A stretch of 64,000 nucleotides of DNA from Camelus ferus (taxonomy: Eukaryota): positions 79,238,001 to 79,302,000 of the forward strand of contig NC_045697.1 in NCBI RefSeq assembly GCF_009834535.1. Reading direction: 5' to 3'. The position numbers and the translations under genes were made by a program. This document shows, one piece after another, positions 26,170 through 38,847 of the stretch (the stretch's first letter is position 1; each line of letters opens with the position of its first letter). Below the pieces are notes generated by a model that was not told the DNA's origin, did not search any database, and saw only the letters and a program-made list of their open reading frames with translations.

Positions 26170-26520
26170 GATACCTATCAAGCACTAATTACATGCTAGG
26201 TAATATTCTTTGTGTTTTACATATATTAACTCAATTGATCCTTTTAAAACTCTGAAAGATTGGCAGGGAGGGGGTTTAGCTCAGTGGTAGAGTGCATGCC
26301 TTGCATGCATGAGGTCCTGAGTTCAATCCCCAGTCATTATTTTAAAAATACTAATAAAGAAAGAAAAACAAAAGTTACTAAAAAAAAAAACTCTGTGAGA
26401 TTGGTCCTATTATTACCCCTTTTTTTTACAGATAAGGAAACTGAGGTATAATTTGCCTAAGACTGCTCAGCTAGCAAGTAGCAGAACTAAAATTGAAACC
26501 CAAGAACCCTGACTGTAAAG
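26170..26520 (-). mobile_element. MIR SINE interrupted by the young SINE
   Basis: agcactaattacatgctagg...ttttacatatattaactca before the insertion, and ctattattaccc...ttttacagataaggaaactgagg after it. Confidence 0.75.
26262..26386 (+). mobile_element. tRNA-derived SINE (camelid Vic-1-like), inserted in a MIR
   Basis: A box tagctcagtggtagag, B box gagttcaatccc and an A-rich tail. TSD aaaactctgaaagatt (26246-26261) / aaaactctgtgagatt (26387-26402). Confidence 0.88.
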
Positions 26521-28289
26521 TGCAATAGTGCTTCACTTGGCTGCCTACTGATGACTTAAACAGAAAAACTGCAGTACCTTCATTTTTCTGCTCCAAGAAT
26601 TTCAGAGCCCCGCTCATCCCTTTTCTCCAGTACAGACTGCTCCTTTGTAGGGTATCTCTAACTTCAAAATCTACATGATTCCTCGTAAAATAACTCTCTT
26701 GGCCACGGGAATTATAGATACAGATTTGAAAATATTTTGTTGCAAAATTAACCTTAATCTCCACATTTACTGGCCTCATCAAAAGTATATGATGCTTTAC
26801 AGCCCTGGCAATTTTATATCATAGTATGTTTCATGCCATTTCCATATACATACTGCACCATCACCTGGACTTTCTTCCTATTCCATCCCTGGAGACAGCC
26901 AGCAGCTTTGCCATCCTGACTCTGTAGGTGTAAACGGAGCATTTCAGTTGCCTCATCCACCGCAGCACAGACTACTCCGTTTCTTCTTTTAAAGAAATTT
27001 CTCTTTTAAAAGAGAACTGTTTCTTTTCTAGCAAATTACACCTGCTATGTTTTTCTACAGAACGCTAATATCTATTTAAAGGGGAAGCAAAGTGTATTTT
27101 GAGGACAAGTCAGAACCCCGAATGAATTCTTATCCTGATCTTTGCTTGGAGCTTTGGGCAAATTACTCAACCTCCTCCTGCCTCTTCACCCCCTCTTCAT
27201 GGCTCAAATTATTTACCTAGAGTTTGGGGAGACAATATCTGCCTCCCACAGGATATGCCTCAGACTGAAAGCCCTGCAAAGTTTATAAAATACTTTTTCC
27301 TACTCTATGAATGGCTCCCAGTATCATGGCAGCTCTGGATTTGGGGACATATGGAGTCAGTATATGGGAATGCTCTTCTCTTAGTTGGGGTGCAGAAATA
27401 CAAAGAAAACTCTCCTAGAAGGACCATTTGGAAGTCATAAGCACAGGAGCCTCAAGCAGGACCAGATGGCAGGCCTGACTCACCTTGACCTGAGATGTCG
27501 CTCTTCCAGCCATGGGTCTAGGCTAATAGTTCATCAGATGTCACCACGGCTGATGGAGTAGGTAACTGTAGCTGGGGAGTATGAGCAAAAGACCCTGCAA
27601 CAATGGCCTTTTCTTTTTCCCCTTCTTTCTTCCTGAGGCCGGCAGGTAACCTGTTTGTGACCCGAAACATTCTCATTGCACTTTCCTGCGCAGTCAAGTT
27701 TGATAAACACATTCAGCTGCAGGGGAACTGGAGAGAATGGGGCACAAGAGCAAGAGAGAAAGAGGGACGAGGCAGCTTTGGCCTCCAACTTCCCATTTTA
27801 ACAAGATATGGCCCTCTGGCTGGAAATCTTGCTATAAAAGAGCCATAGCAAAGAACTTCATTTTCACTTACAGAATTTTCTAAAATCTATTTACTTTTTT
27901 AAAAAATCACAGCACACTCCTTCATTTTCTTTATAAATGGAATGAAAAATGAATTGAATTTCTTGGCAATCAGTGTTTGTTAAACTAATGGTTCAAACTG
28001 CCTGTCTCATCAGTTATTTCAATAGCCTATCCTTACTCCTGGCTTCCCAATGATCTCTTTGAAATGCCTGCTCATTTCATTCCCCAACTAGATTTCTTTT
28101 CTTCTCTCCTGTCTTCAGCTATTTCAAATCCTACCCTTGAGAAATCCCTGTGCAAGTGCCCCTCCCTGCTCTGAAGTGCTGTCTTTTACTGTCTTTCAAT
28201 GAAATCACTGGCTCCAGCCCTAAGGGCAGGCCCGAACTGACTTGTTACCTATGCAATATTCCTAGACTTGGGTTTCCATTTTATTGTTT

Positions 28290-31200
28290 TTAATTTTTTT
28301 CCTTAAATGTCAAATAGGTATCAAAAATTATAAAATGAGTATAATATACGCAGAACACAATTAGTATCTATAGATCAAACAACCAGTTTAAATAAAAGAA
28401 ACTATCACTTTCTTTGAAATCTCCTGTGTCTGTACACCTACCTCCTATCTTCTTCACTTTCCCCTCAATAAATCCACTATTCTGAATTTTTAGTTTATGT
28501 TCCCTTACTTTTCTTTGTAATTTTACCTTATATATTTGTATCCTATATTAGTATGTTGTTTAGCTATGAATGTTTGTAAATTATATGCATGTACTCATCT
28601 GTGACTTCCTTTTTATAGTTCTAAGATTCATCCATGTTGTTATATGTAACTGTAATTCATTCATTTGCTTATTCTATTCTAGTGTATAAATATACCTGTT
28701 TTCTAATTCATTCTCCTGCTGATGGATATATGAATTGTTCCCTTTTGTTAATTTACAAACTATTACCAACTGTGTCACTGTGAACATTCTTATACATATC
28801 CCCTAGGCACAAGTCCAAAAGCTTCCATAAACTAGAGTATATGCCTGAGAGTGGACACAGGGTCATAGTGTGTGCATCTTCGATTTTACTGGGTAGTACC
28901 AAACTGGTGGATGAGAAAAGCTAATACTGACTGTTCTTGACAACTGTTATCCAACTTAAATTTTTTTTTCCTATAAGGAAGTTGTGCATGTTCTTTCATT
29001 GTGGTTTAATTACCCTAATGAGGTTGTTCGTTGGCCATCCATGTTTCCTTGTGTGAAGTATCTGTTCAAGTTTTCTGCTCATTCTTTTTCTACTACGTGG
29101 CTGGTCCTTTTCTCATTGATTTACAGGCATTCTTTACATATTCTGGATAGAAATCCTTTGTCAGTTAACATATGTTACAAATACTTTCTCCTAGTTTGTT
29201 ATTTGTCTTTTCACTTTCTTTTCGATGTCTTTTTCCCAATCAGAAGTTCATCTTTCCAATTAATTGTATCAATCTTTTCCTTTACAACTGGCCTTTATTT
29301 TTTCACAAGTATTTAAGAAATTCTTTCCTAACCAAAAGTGATAAAGATACTCTCTTCTAGGTATTCTCTTTTACAAGTTGCATGGTTTTGTCTTTCACAT
29401 TTAGGTCTTTAATCTGACTTGTATTGATTTTTAAAAAAATTAACTCAAATTATATTGAGCTCTGTAATAAATCAGGTTTTCATACGTACGTGGGTCTTTT
29501 GCTGGACTCCTGATTTTATTTGGAAGATCAGTTTATCTATCCTACTGCCAATAATTTTTGTATCATTTAATATAATCTTATATTAATTATTGACGTCTGG
29601 TATGACACCCTTCTCCTCCCTTGTTATTTTTTGTTAGGAGTATCTTGATTATTCTTAAACTTTGTTCTCACACATACATTTTAGAACTCTTGTAAGGTTG
29701 TGCACAAAGATAAACACACACACAGCTGTTTGTTTTGATTAGAATTGCATTAAAGATACAGGTTAATTTGGTGAAATTGATGTTTTGATAATACTGAATT
29801 TTCCAGGCCAGTAGCATGGGATATCTCTTCATGTAGTTAGATTTTTATTAATGTCTTTCAATAAAGTAAGTTTTATAATTTTTCTCTAAAAGTCTTGCGT
29901 ATTTATTGTTATCATTATTCTGAGATATTCTCTACGTACACATATGTCTTATTTTTATTTACATATTTCATACCATTGTAAATGATATGTTTTTATTAAA
30001 TTACATTTTTAGCTATATAAAGTGATGCTTTAGTTTCTACTAATGCTTTTTGCCTTAAAGTCTGTTTTATCTGATATTAATATAGCTATATCAGCTTTCT
30101 TTTAGTTAGTATTTTTCTAGTATATCTTTTTCCATCTTATTTTAATGTTTCTATATTCTTATTCTTTAACTAAATTCATGTAGCTATTTTTTTAATCTAG
30201 TCTATATCATTTTACTATAGCATTTTTTCATTTATATTTATTGGAAGTATTGAAATGTTTATGTTCCACTTTGACTGAATTCCACACATTTTGATATGTA
30301 ATATTATTATTCCATTATAATATTTTCTAATTTCCATAGTAAAGACTTCTTTGACCTGTGAGTCATTTAGAAGTATATTTCTTAATTTTCTTTTTTTTCT
30401 TGCCTTCTTTTAGATTGGCTTTTTCTTTTTTTCCCTTCTTGTAGTTTCAGAGTTGTATGTTTTATTTCAATTTTTTAGGGGTTACCTTAGAAATTTTATC
30501 AGTGTCAAAGTTAATGTCTCCACTCCTGACCAACTCAAGGATCTTAGAAAATTTTAATGTCAATCACTCTACTCCTGACATACATGCTGTTTGTGTTTGT
30601 CTGTATATTTTTCTATTTTTTTTATCCCATAAAACATTGTTGTAGGTTTATACAATGTTTGTTTATGATTAGCCAATAACTTACCACTTTTATTGCTTGT
30701 TGCTTATCCTTGAATCTCAGGGCCTTCATCTGTGATCGCTTTCCTTTTATCTAAAGTACATACTATAGACGTATGTTTGGTAAGGAGTTGTTGATGTTTA
30801 TTTTAAAATATTTTTATTTTGCAGGGTTTCCCTCCTAGCATGTTAAAGATAGCCTTTCACTATCTTCTGGTTTCCATTGTTGCTTTAGGTAGCCATCTAA
30901 AAATTCACTCTTATTTTTTTGAAGGTAATCTGTCTTTTCTCTCTGTTCATTTTAAAGATCTTCTTTATGTCTTTTGTGTTAACCTAGTTTCACTGTGATG
31001 TTTCTAGGTGTGGATTTTTATTTATTTATTCTGCTTGAAGATAATGGGAATCTTAATTACTGTCTTTCTGCTAGTCTAAAAGTTGTTAGTCATTACCTCT
31101 CCAAATTTCTTCTGCTTCCTCCACTTCTTCCCATCTAAGACTCTGAACAGACATATGTTAGAGCTTTCCTGTCAAGCCTCTGTGTTTCTTAATCTGTCTT

Positions 31201-32230
31201 GTATTTTCCATCCCTTTGTCTTTTTCTGTTGTGTTCTAGGCAATATGTTCTGATGTATCATTCAGTTCAAAAATTCTATCTTTAGCCAGAGCTAATATTT
31301 TATCAAATATATCCAATTCATTGAATTTAAACATTTTAATTATGTTTTTTGTTTCTAGAAATGTAATTTGATTCTACTTCAATCTTCTTGTATCTTTTTA
31401 CAGTTTCTTATTCTTTATTCATACACTCAACATATACTTTCAGTTCTTAAATGTGTATATTTTATAGTCTATATCTGATAATTCCACTATTTAGAGTTTT
31501 TGTGGGTCTGACTTTACTGTCTGTTGTTTCTGCTTTCATTCTTTGTTTCTTTTTACCTTATGTACTTTGTGAGCTATGACCAGGAGTTTATATTTCTTGG
31601 TATTTTATAGGTGAGAATTCTTTGAAACTTAGATCAAAATCAGATTCCTTTAGAGAAGATTGTATTCCATTCCACCAGTTGCCTGAGAAAACCACCAACC
31701 TAGGATCAATTTTAAATAACTTATTTAAAAATAATTATCAAGAAGAGGTTTTGTGGACCTGTGGCTTCAAATTCTCAAGGCAAAAATTTTTGTTCTCCAG
31801 GAAGCAGCATGTTTTGCCATAGACAATTTTCCTAGAGATAGAGAAAGAAGATGAGAATATATTTTTAGCCCACCCCTACAGTAAAGGTGCATCCTTTTAG
31901 GATCTCAGTTTATGCAGGGGACAGTCTCCCCTTGTACGTCCCATGTGGGTAAACCTTTGATTTTATTTCCTACCCTCTTATGCTCCAAGATAGTGAAAAC
32001 CAGTTTTAGCTCACAATGTTAGGCAGATAAACTCAAGGCAAAGACTAGATTCTGTGTTATCTTTCTGGGTTCCAGCTTTTACTTGATTTTTATCTTCTGA
32101 GTAATCCTTCCTTTCTTGCCATTTCATTGATACATTTTAGAGGTTTTAACATGCTTTTCCAGCATTTTTAGTTGTTTTCAGCCGGAGTGTTGGTTTGGGC
32201 ATATAGTCTTACATACTGATAGATACAGAA
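28290..32230 (-). mobile_element. Long degraded old L1 (L1M/L1ME-like), about 4 kb
   Basis: Continuous T-rich sequence with antisense L1 landmarks (ctaagattcatccatgttg; tatctgttcaagttttctgctcatt; ttttatctgatattaatatagcta; tttcactgtgatgtttctaggtgtggat). No intact ORF. Confidence 0.75.
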
Positions 32231-33799
32231 ATCTACCCTTTAGTTTTTTGGTGTTTTAGAAGTTAGCTTTTTATGCAGTTCTAAAATGCTAACAAACAGC
32301 TGTCATCCAAAAGTATCTAACCAAACTCCATAGTTGTATTACTCTCCAATTAGTTTTTCTCCTTTTATTTACCCATTTCCACCACTAATCAGTACAAGAG
32401 GTAATATAGTCAGAGTTGGTGTATGGGGTTGCTCAGGAGAGGGTGAGATGCTGGGAAAGGCTGCATTGTCATTGCTGGAGCCAGACTAGAGAAGTGTATT
32501 CTGATTATTCTGTGTTGGATACCAGAATACATTTTCTCCTAAAAACAATATGATAAATACTTTTGAATGTAGATGGAAAGTATTGTTAGCATAAGTATTC
32601 ATGTGCATATGAATTAAATGAGCTCTGTAAACTTGCTTGTAAATTTAACCAACTATTAATTGAATTCCAACAAAGATAATTTAAATTGAGCATTTGGAAT
32701 ACAGTCATGTGTGATATGCTCTGTATAGTTCATTTTAAATATATTGATATGTTAGTCCTCTGATTACATTTTAAGCTCCCTGAGAGTACAGACCATCTCT
32801 TTTACTTCTTTATGCTTCCCGACATCTTCAAGCCTAAGGATTCACACTAGTTGGCTGGTGGATTATTATTGAGGTGGCAGCCAGTAGACCATGGAATACC
32901 TTTGGAGTTCTTTAATTTTCCCTAATTTATCCCCTAAAGAGGTACTGATTGTCCAGTGAAGAAGGCTCAAACACAAATGCCAAAAGAAATGGGGCTTTGA
33001 ATAATTCACTGACTTGCTTATTTTTAATGATGGCCAACTTGCCAATTATTCTATAACTCAGCCACGCAGCTAAATTCTCAGTCATCAACAGAGCTAAAGC
33101 ATCCATGTGCAAAAATCAAACACAGAATGTATGAATACATGACCATTAGGCTATGTGTGCATGTGTACGTTAGAGTATATGATTCTAACTTTGTGGGGTA
33201 CCTGTTATTCTAGAGATACCTGTTTGCATGCTTGATTGCTTTTTCTGGCCTATTTCTATTTGATTTGTAAGAAAAAAATATATGGGGGATATTAAAATAG
33301 AAAAAACAATTCATAGGTTACTAAATATTGAGAAACATCATTTTTCCAATTTAGAAATAATGTATAGCTCACAGAGTGCCATAGTTCAGGGGGACAAAAA
33401 TTGATATGTGTTGTAATTGAAAATGATTCTTTTATAAATGAAGCTGACCAAAATTTCCAGTGGGACTGTTGCCTGAAGGAAAATTTCCTGGGCTCCAGCC
33501 TCTGTTATGCCTAACAATGAACCATACAAGTCTAGACAGATGGTTGGATTCCAAAGTGTTTCTCATGTTACAGTATTTTCTTCCTATTGTCTCTCCTGAA
33601 TTCTACAGGGAAAGAGGAAAATGCTATAACTTTCAAAATATATAAAGAATATCTTTCGTAACAGGTAATAAACATTAATTATCTTGGAAGTCTCTTCCTT
33701 TTTTAGACATGCTTTCTTGGTTAAAATCTGATTGCTTTTGTTGGACAGTATGATTTATCATCCTTACTAGGTTTATTGCTAGAAATAGAAGATGTATTT

Positions 33800-34495
33800 A
33801 TGCCTTTTCTCATCTATGTTCCCTGTCTCAAAGTATGGTAACATTGTCCATTCAGTTTTGAGCTATGGAGAGGCAGAAATTTGGAACTCATACTTAAGAC
33901 CTTTCATATCCATCCAACACCAGTACTGCATCCACTCCCTAAACAGTTCTCAAATCTGTCCAATTTTCTATATCTCTGATACTATCTCTCTGGTCCAAAG
34001 ACCTGATATCTCTCACCTGAATTATTGCAATAAGTACCTAACTGATCTACCTGCAGTCACCCTCTTCCTCCCTGCCCCCAGTACACAAACTACAGTTAAA
34101 GCAGAACGATCTTTCCCAAATGCAAACTTGGTTGTGTTCCTATTGCTACTAGTAGTTTTCTGTGACTCTTTGGGCAAACAAATAATTCCTTACCTGGCAC
34201 ATACGGCCCTGCACAGTCCCTGCTTACCTGTTGAGCATCACTTCATATCAACTTTCTCCTTTTATTTCTAGTGCAGCCAACCTCTTTCATTCGCTCTCTG
34301 TTTTCTTCTACATTATGGCTCTTCACTATCATTTTAACTTCATTAAACGCTGTTCCTCTTTCAGAGCTTAAGTCAGGCATCACATCTTCAGGGGATCCCC
34401 CCTTGACCTGCCCTAGCCTTACCCAAATGATTAGGTCAAGTCCTGTTGTTTGCTCTCACAAAACCACGTATCTTATCTTTCTTTCACAGCACTTA
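33800..34495 (+). mobile_element. L2 LINE fragment
   Basis: atctctcacctgaattattgcaataag...atctttcccaaatgcaaa...catcacatcttcagggga is typical of L2. It accounts for the spurious 159-aa ORF here. Confidence 0.65.
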
Positions 34496-35968
34496 GACAA
34501 AAGGAAGAGATTTATGATCCTGTGCATCAGGAATTGGGGTTTCAAGTGAGGAAACAAAAGCAAAGAAGGATATTTATTTAGTAATCAGCCTTTAAGATTC
34601 AAGTCAACACTTCTTAACCACAGAGAAAAGTGTATATAAAAATTTTGTACTTACAGATTCTGAAAAGAGCCAGGAATTTTTCTGTAAATAAATATCAGAT
34701 ATTCTTTTGCAATAGGCAACCTGGTCTATCTAAACTGCTGCTGAGTATGTAAGTTAAGACCTGAAAAGATTTTAACAAATACTCCCAACCGATCTCCTCA
34801 AAATATGGATGAGAAAAATTAATCTCCGAGATCTCACAAGTAGTTGATGGTAGAGAATGAAGTGGAATTAGTTGCTGAGCACTATTATGTATACTAGTTT
34901 TCCTATTTCTAAGTGTTCTTTTCTTTGCTACATACTCTCTGCTTAAAGTATAAACAGAAACAAAACAATTAAATTATATCTTAATTTGTCAGTAAAATGG
35001 AAGACTACTGTCTACCCTAAGAGGATAATATAGCACTAATAAAACATTACTATAAGCCTTTAGACAAAAGGGTGATGTGCTATTAAAATTATGCTATAGT
35101 TTTATCTCTTTGTACATGAGCTCTTTATATTTTATTACACCTCTTCTTCTATATGAAGTCTTAAAAAACAGATCTTTGGAAAGAGAACCCTCTTCTTGCT
35201 TTAATTTAGGACTTAAAGAAAAGTGAGTGTCCTACTCACCTGTAACTCATTCCAAGCAAATTTGTTCTTAACCTTCTTCTCTACGAGATGCATTTCTCAA
35301 CCTCCATACTAACTTCCCATTATAACCACCATCTCCCTTTTCCAAGGAATGGTGGAAATGGAATATCATTGCTCCACGGCCTCATTTTCACTCTAGTCCA
35401 CTAATTAGCTCTCTGACCAGCCCATAGTGTTTAGTTGTTTTCATAGAAAGACGAGCTAATGGCCAGCTTGTACTGCAAAATATTGACTTATAAACACTTG
35501 AGCTAAAAGGGAGATTGAAAATCATTTCATCCAACAACCCAATCCATGCAGGAATACTTTCTAGAAACATCTTAAACAGAAAAAGGATTAAATTTGTATT
35601 TATGTTTAAATGCTTCCAGTAACTGATTCTTCATGAACTCCCTATGTGGATGCTCTTTCAGGTAACAGGAATGTTGTATGAAGAACCCTTCTTGTGTTAC
35701 TCATCATCAGATATGTGACTGTTTTAATGAAACTGCTTTGGCAGTTCTGTGTCATGTATCTCTTATGTGTGTGTATATGGGCGCGTGTGCGTGTGCATAG
35801 AGAGTATACAGGCTTTTTTGTATTTTTCATGCAAAAATACAAAATTTAGATTACACAGTTAGCTCATCCTTCATTTTCTGTTCCTGTTAAGTCATAAAAT
35901 AGAAAAAAGATAGAAAAAAATGCTTTCTTACTATTTCAAATTTAAAAGAAACTTCTTAAAGCGAGGAG

Positions 35969-36033
35969 GCAACACAATAATTCACTGCTTTAGTATTTTT
36001 GATGATTACTAAAGCAGTCAGTTATTGTGTTGC
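35969..36033. repeat. Near-perfect inverted repeat (27-bp arms, 11-nt loop)
   Basis: Arms gcaacacaataattcactgctttagta (35969-35995) and tactaaagcagtcagttattgtgttgc (36007-36033). 25 of 27 positions are Watson-Crick pairs. Confidence 0.9.
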
Positions 36034-37050
36034 ATGGATCTGCTAGGAGACAGAAGGAGAAGAGTCATCCGTATGTCTGTTGTACTTGAATCCTTTTCAG
36101 ATTCTCTTGCTTTGGTGATAAGATTCCCTACAAGAGTGTCCCCAGACGCAGGTCCACTGTCTATTCTGGCAAACTCAGAAAGAGAATAACTTCCTTTGTT
36201 TTGTTTACAATGTACATTCTTTAATAGAAGGAAAACAAACAGAAAGATTTGTTAATCAGGTGACTTTCTGGTATTTATTTGTCAGGCATTTTTGTACTGT
36301 CAGTGAGTTATTATGTTCTTGAAATTACCTATACTGCAGTAGTTCATTATAATATACTCGTATTTACATAAGAAATCTCTCAACTGTATATATGTTAAAT
36401 GGGATCTAAGTAGATCCATTCATCCATATAATAGATCCATCCGTATGATAGATCTAGGAAATTGGGTTTTCTGGGATGTCATTTCTCTATTTTATTTGGC
36501 AGTATGCCTGGCAGTGAAGAGCTTTAAATTTGGCATCTGTCATTGCCTATTTTGGTCCAAATTATATGATGCTAAATACCATAAGGAATACTGCACAGGG
36601 GAAATCAGCAGTGGATTATGAGAGTGGTAAACTTCATATTACCATGTGCTTCTGTCTGAATATTAGAACTGTTAGCCAGATGCTTCCTGTAGACTTCCAG
36701 AGAGGCAGAAAGTGTGGTGCTGCTGGGATCCAGAGGCACTGATGTGAAGTATGCAGAAAATATATAAATCATAGGATATATTCATTTCATTTGGCTCCAT
36801 GTGACTTCGCTGACTTCACTGTGGGTGACTGGGGTCCGCAGCAGGACCCTCTCCCTTCTGCTCTCTGATGCCTTCGAGGTGCTGCCCATCCAGAGCAGGC
36901 CCTGCAGTAATTTCACACACTCCCCTAATAAAGTCCTCGGGGGCTGTCATGTATTTTCATGCGTTTGCTCTATTATCCCTCCCTGCTTGAGTCTTACAGA
37001 TAATTGATGATGCTTCAGTTAATCATCTTTCCCCCTCTTTTGTTCACCAG

Positions 37051-37161
37051 GTACCTCAGCCTTGAAGGGGCTCTTTTATTGAGAATCGATGTCTTCTCCT
37101 AGGTAATTGATCACCGTAGACGCAGGGACACTTGACTCATCATCAAGGGAGGGTAATCATC
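37051..37161 (+). other. ALPK1: 5'UTR part of the ALPK1 first coding exon
   Basis: Polypyrimidine tract and acceptor ctttccccctcttttgttcaccAG (AG at 37049-37050). The sequence resembles the ALPK1 5'UTR as I recall it. A second acceptor ttctcctAG sits at 37101-37102. Confidence 0.8.
37089..37106 (+). promoter_or_regulatory. Upstream ORF (MSSPR*) in the ALPK1 5'UTR
   Basis: ATG TCT TCT CCT AGG TAA, ending 55 nt before the main ATG. It is the only ATG in the UTR part of this exon. Confidence 0.6.
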
Positions 37162-37282
37162 ATGAATAATCAAAAAGCTGTAGCTGCACTACTACAAGAG
37201 TGCAAGCAAGTGCTGGACCAGCTCTTGTTGGAGGCGTCAGATGTGTCGGAGGAGGACAAGAGGGAGGACCAGCAGTGCAGAG
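37162..37282 (+). CDS. ALPK1: ALPK1 first coding exon, coding part (aa 1-40 plus 1 nt)
   Basis: ATG at 37162 in context atcatcATGa. Translates [40 protein letters not shown], which I recognise as the mammalian ALPK1 N-terminus. Ends at the donor GAG|GTGAGA (GT at 37283), phase 1. Confidence 0.96.
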
Positions 37283-38811
37283 GTGAGATCCCAATGGGAG
37301 GCGCTGGGGGGAGTGGGGAGCAGCAGGTTTGCTCTCCTCTCCCCTGTCTGAACGGCACGTTCTCATCTCTGCCCTATTTTTCTTCTCTTGGCAGATGACC
37401 ACCGAGAAATGAGTGGATTTCTAGGGCATGAATGGGACATGGGCTGCGGGCGGACGGGCCAGGGAGGAAGCCCACTTTGTTGCAGTGAATTGCTGTCAGT
37501 TCTAATTTTAAGCTTCAGTAAACATGAGGCTACAAGAAACAGTTTAGTTCAAGAAGAACAAAGGGTCCAAGTGGGCTGGTGCACGTAAATTTCAATTATT
37601 AAAAAATTGAAGCCACTTCTGAATGGTGGCACCTACTTTTTTTTCAAACTAGGCTTTTGTGCTTTATCAGTTTCCACAGACTTCCACAGTTTCCACAAAT
37701 ATGTCATCTCATCAGTCCCATCTCTCTGTTTTGATCATCAGTATATTTCTCATGTTGTATTTACATGCCATTTGTAAAATAAATCCACTAATACTGATAA
37801 ATACTTAATGTATCATTATCAGGGTGTAAGAATTCGGCTTTTTTGCTCATTCATAGCTTGTGCCATTGACAGTTTTAGGTGAGTCACTGGGAAGTTTTCA
37901 ATCACAAAGTCTAGAAAGTTAGAAGGTTAAAGCAATTCTCATTTCTTCTTTAGCCAGTTTTGGAGAGGCAACCTTCTTCCCTTAGATTTCTTTTTAGCAT
38001 TCAAATAATTTTCCTTCATTTCTATCAGTGTGTCCTTTTTATGTGCTTTTAATATTTTTCTATTTTTAGTGATTTGCTATCCCTTACAGAAATAAGATTC
38101 CTGTATAAAATGCACAGTCCCCATCTCTTTTGTTGTTGATTATGTAATGGGGAAAAGTTCTGGGAGAGTCTTTCCCCTGTCTTCTTGTACATAGGCACAT
38201 ACATTTTTACAGGGGAACATTTAGGTGCCTTTAGGAGTCTAATTTTTTGTAGCCTGTCATCCGTACTCTTTTCAAGATAAAATACCCCATATCTAGTTGC
38301 TTCACAACCTTAGTTTGTGTTTTCCTTCTTTACTAGTCAGATACATCAGTGTGTGACCTTGCTCGCTCCAGTGCTGGTCCTAGTTCTCCCCGGGGGCAGT
38401 GTGTTGTGTTCTGTTATTTCTCCTGAAGTTTTTTTCTTGTCCTTTTACTACATCGTGTCCCTTGTCTCTTCAGCCTAAATTCCTTTAAGCTTTGTGTTCT
38501 CCCTAGTAAAGACTCTGAGCCCCCACTTGGGAAGCATTTGCTTTTTCTTTTTCTCCCCAAGTAGCACAGAATAGGAGAAATAATCAGTTTAGTTCCAGAT
38601 AAGGTAAATCACAACTGCAAAATCACTGCATTAGCCATGGCCCTTCAGGTAAGCTGCTTGGGAAGTGAGTGATCAGAGAGGAGGAGGAGGCTACTGCTCC
38701 ATCAGGCGCTGACTGCTGGAGATGGCTGAATCCTATAAACCAGTTAGGGAGGAACGCTGTGCTCAGCCATTGACAGACTCAGCATTTGCCCATCACCACT
38801 GCCTGCTGCAA

Positions 38812-38847
38812 GGCCCACTCGAGTGCCACGGCCCACTCGAGCGCCAC
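38812..38847. repeat. 18-bp tandem duplication
   Basis: ggcccactcgagtgccac then ggcccactcgagcgccac, with one mismatch at a CpG. Confidence 0.9.

Noticed and set aside
26999..27016. 18-bp perfect palindrome ttctcttttaaaagagaa
   Set aside because: Low-complexity AT-rich sequence, likely chance or slippage.
33792..34549. 159-aa and 92-aa ORFs
   Set aside because: They lie within a degraded L2, have biased composition and show no recognisable homology.
36402..36457. Degenerate repeats of tagatccat
   Set aside because: Short decayed tandem duplication with no sign of function.
1..37050. TIFA CDS, ALPK1 promoter or upstream 5'UTR exons
   Set aside because: No FHA-domain ORF, no CpG-island promoter and no recognisable upstream exon. 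They are probably upstream of the window.
37132..37398. 88-aa ORF from the track as a complete protein
   Set aside because: It starts at a TTG upstream of the true ATG and reads through the splice donor into the intron. Only 37162-37282 is ALPK1 coding.
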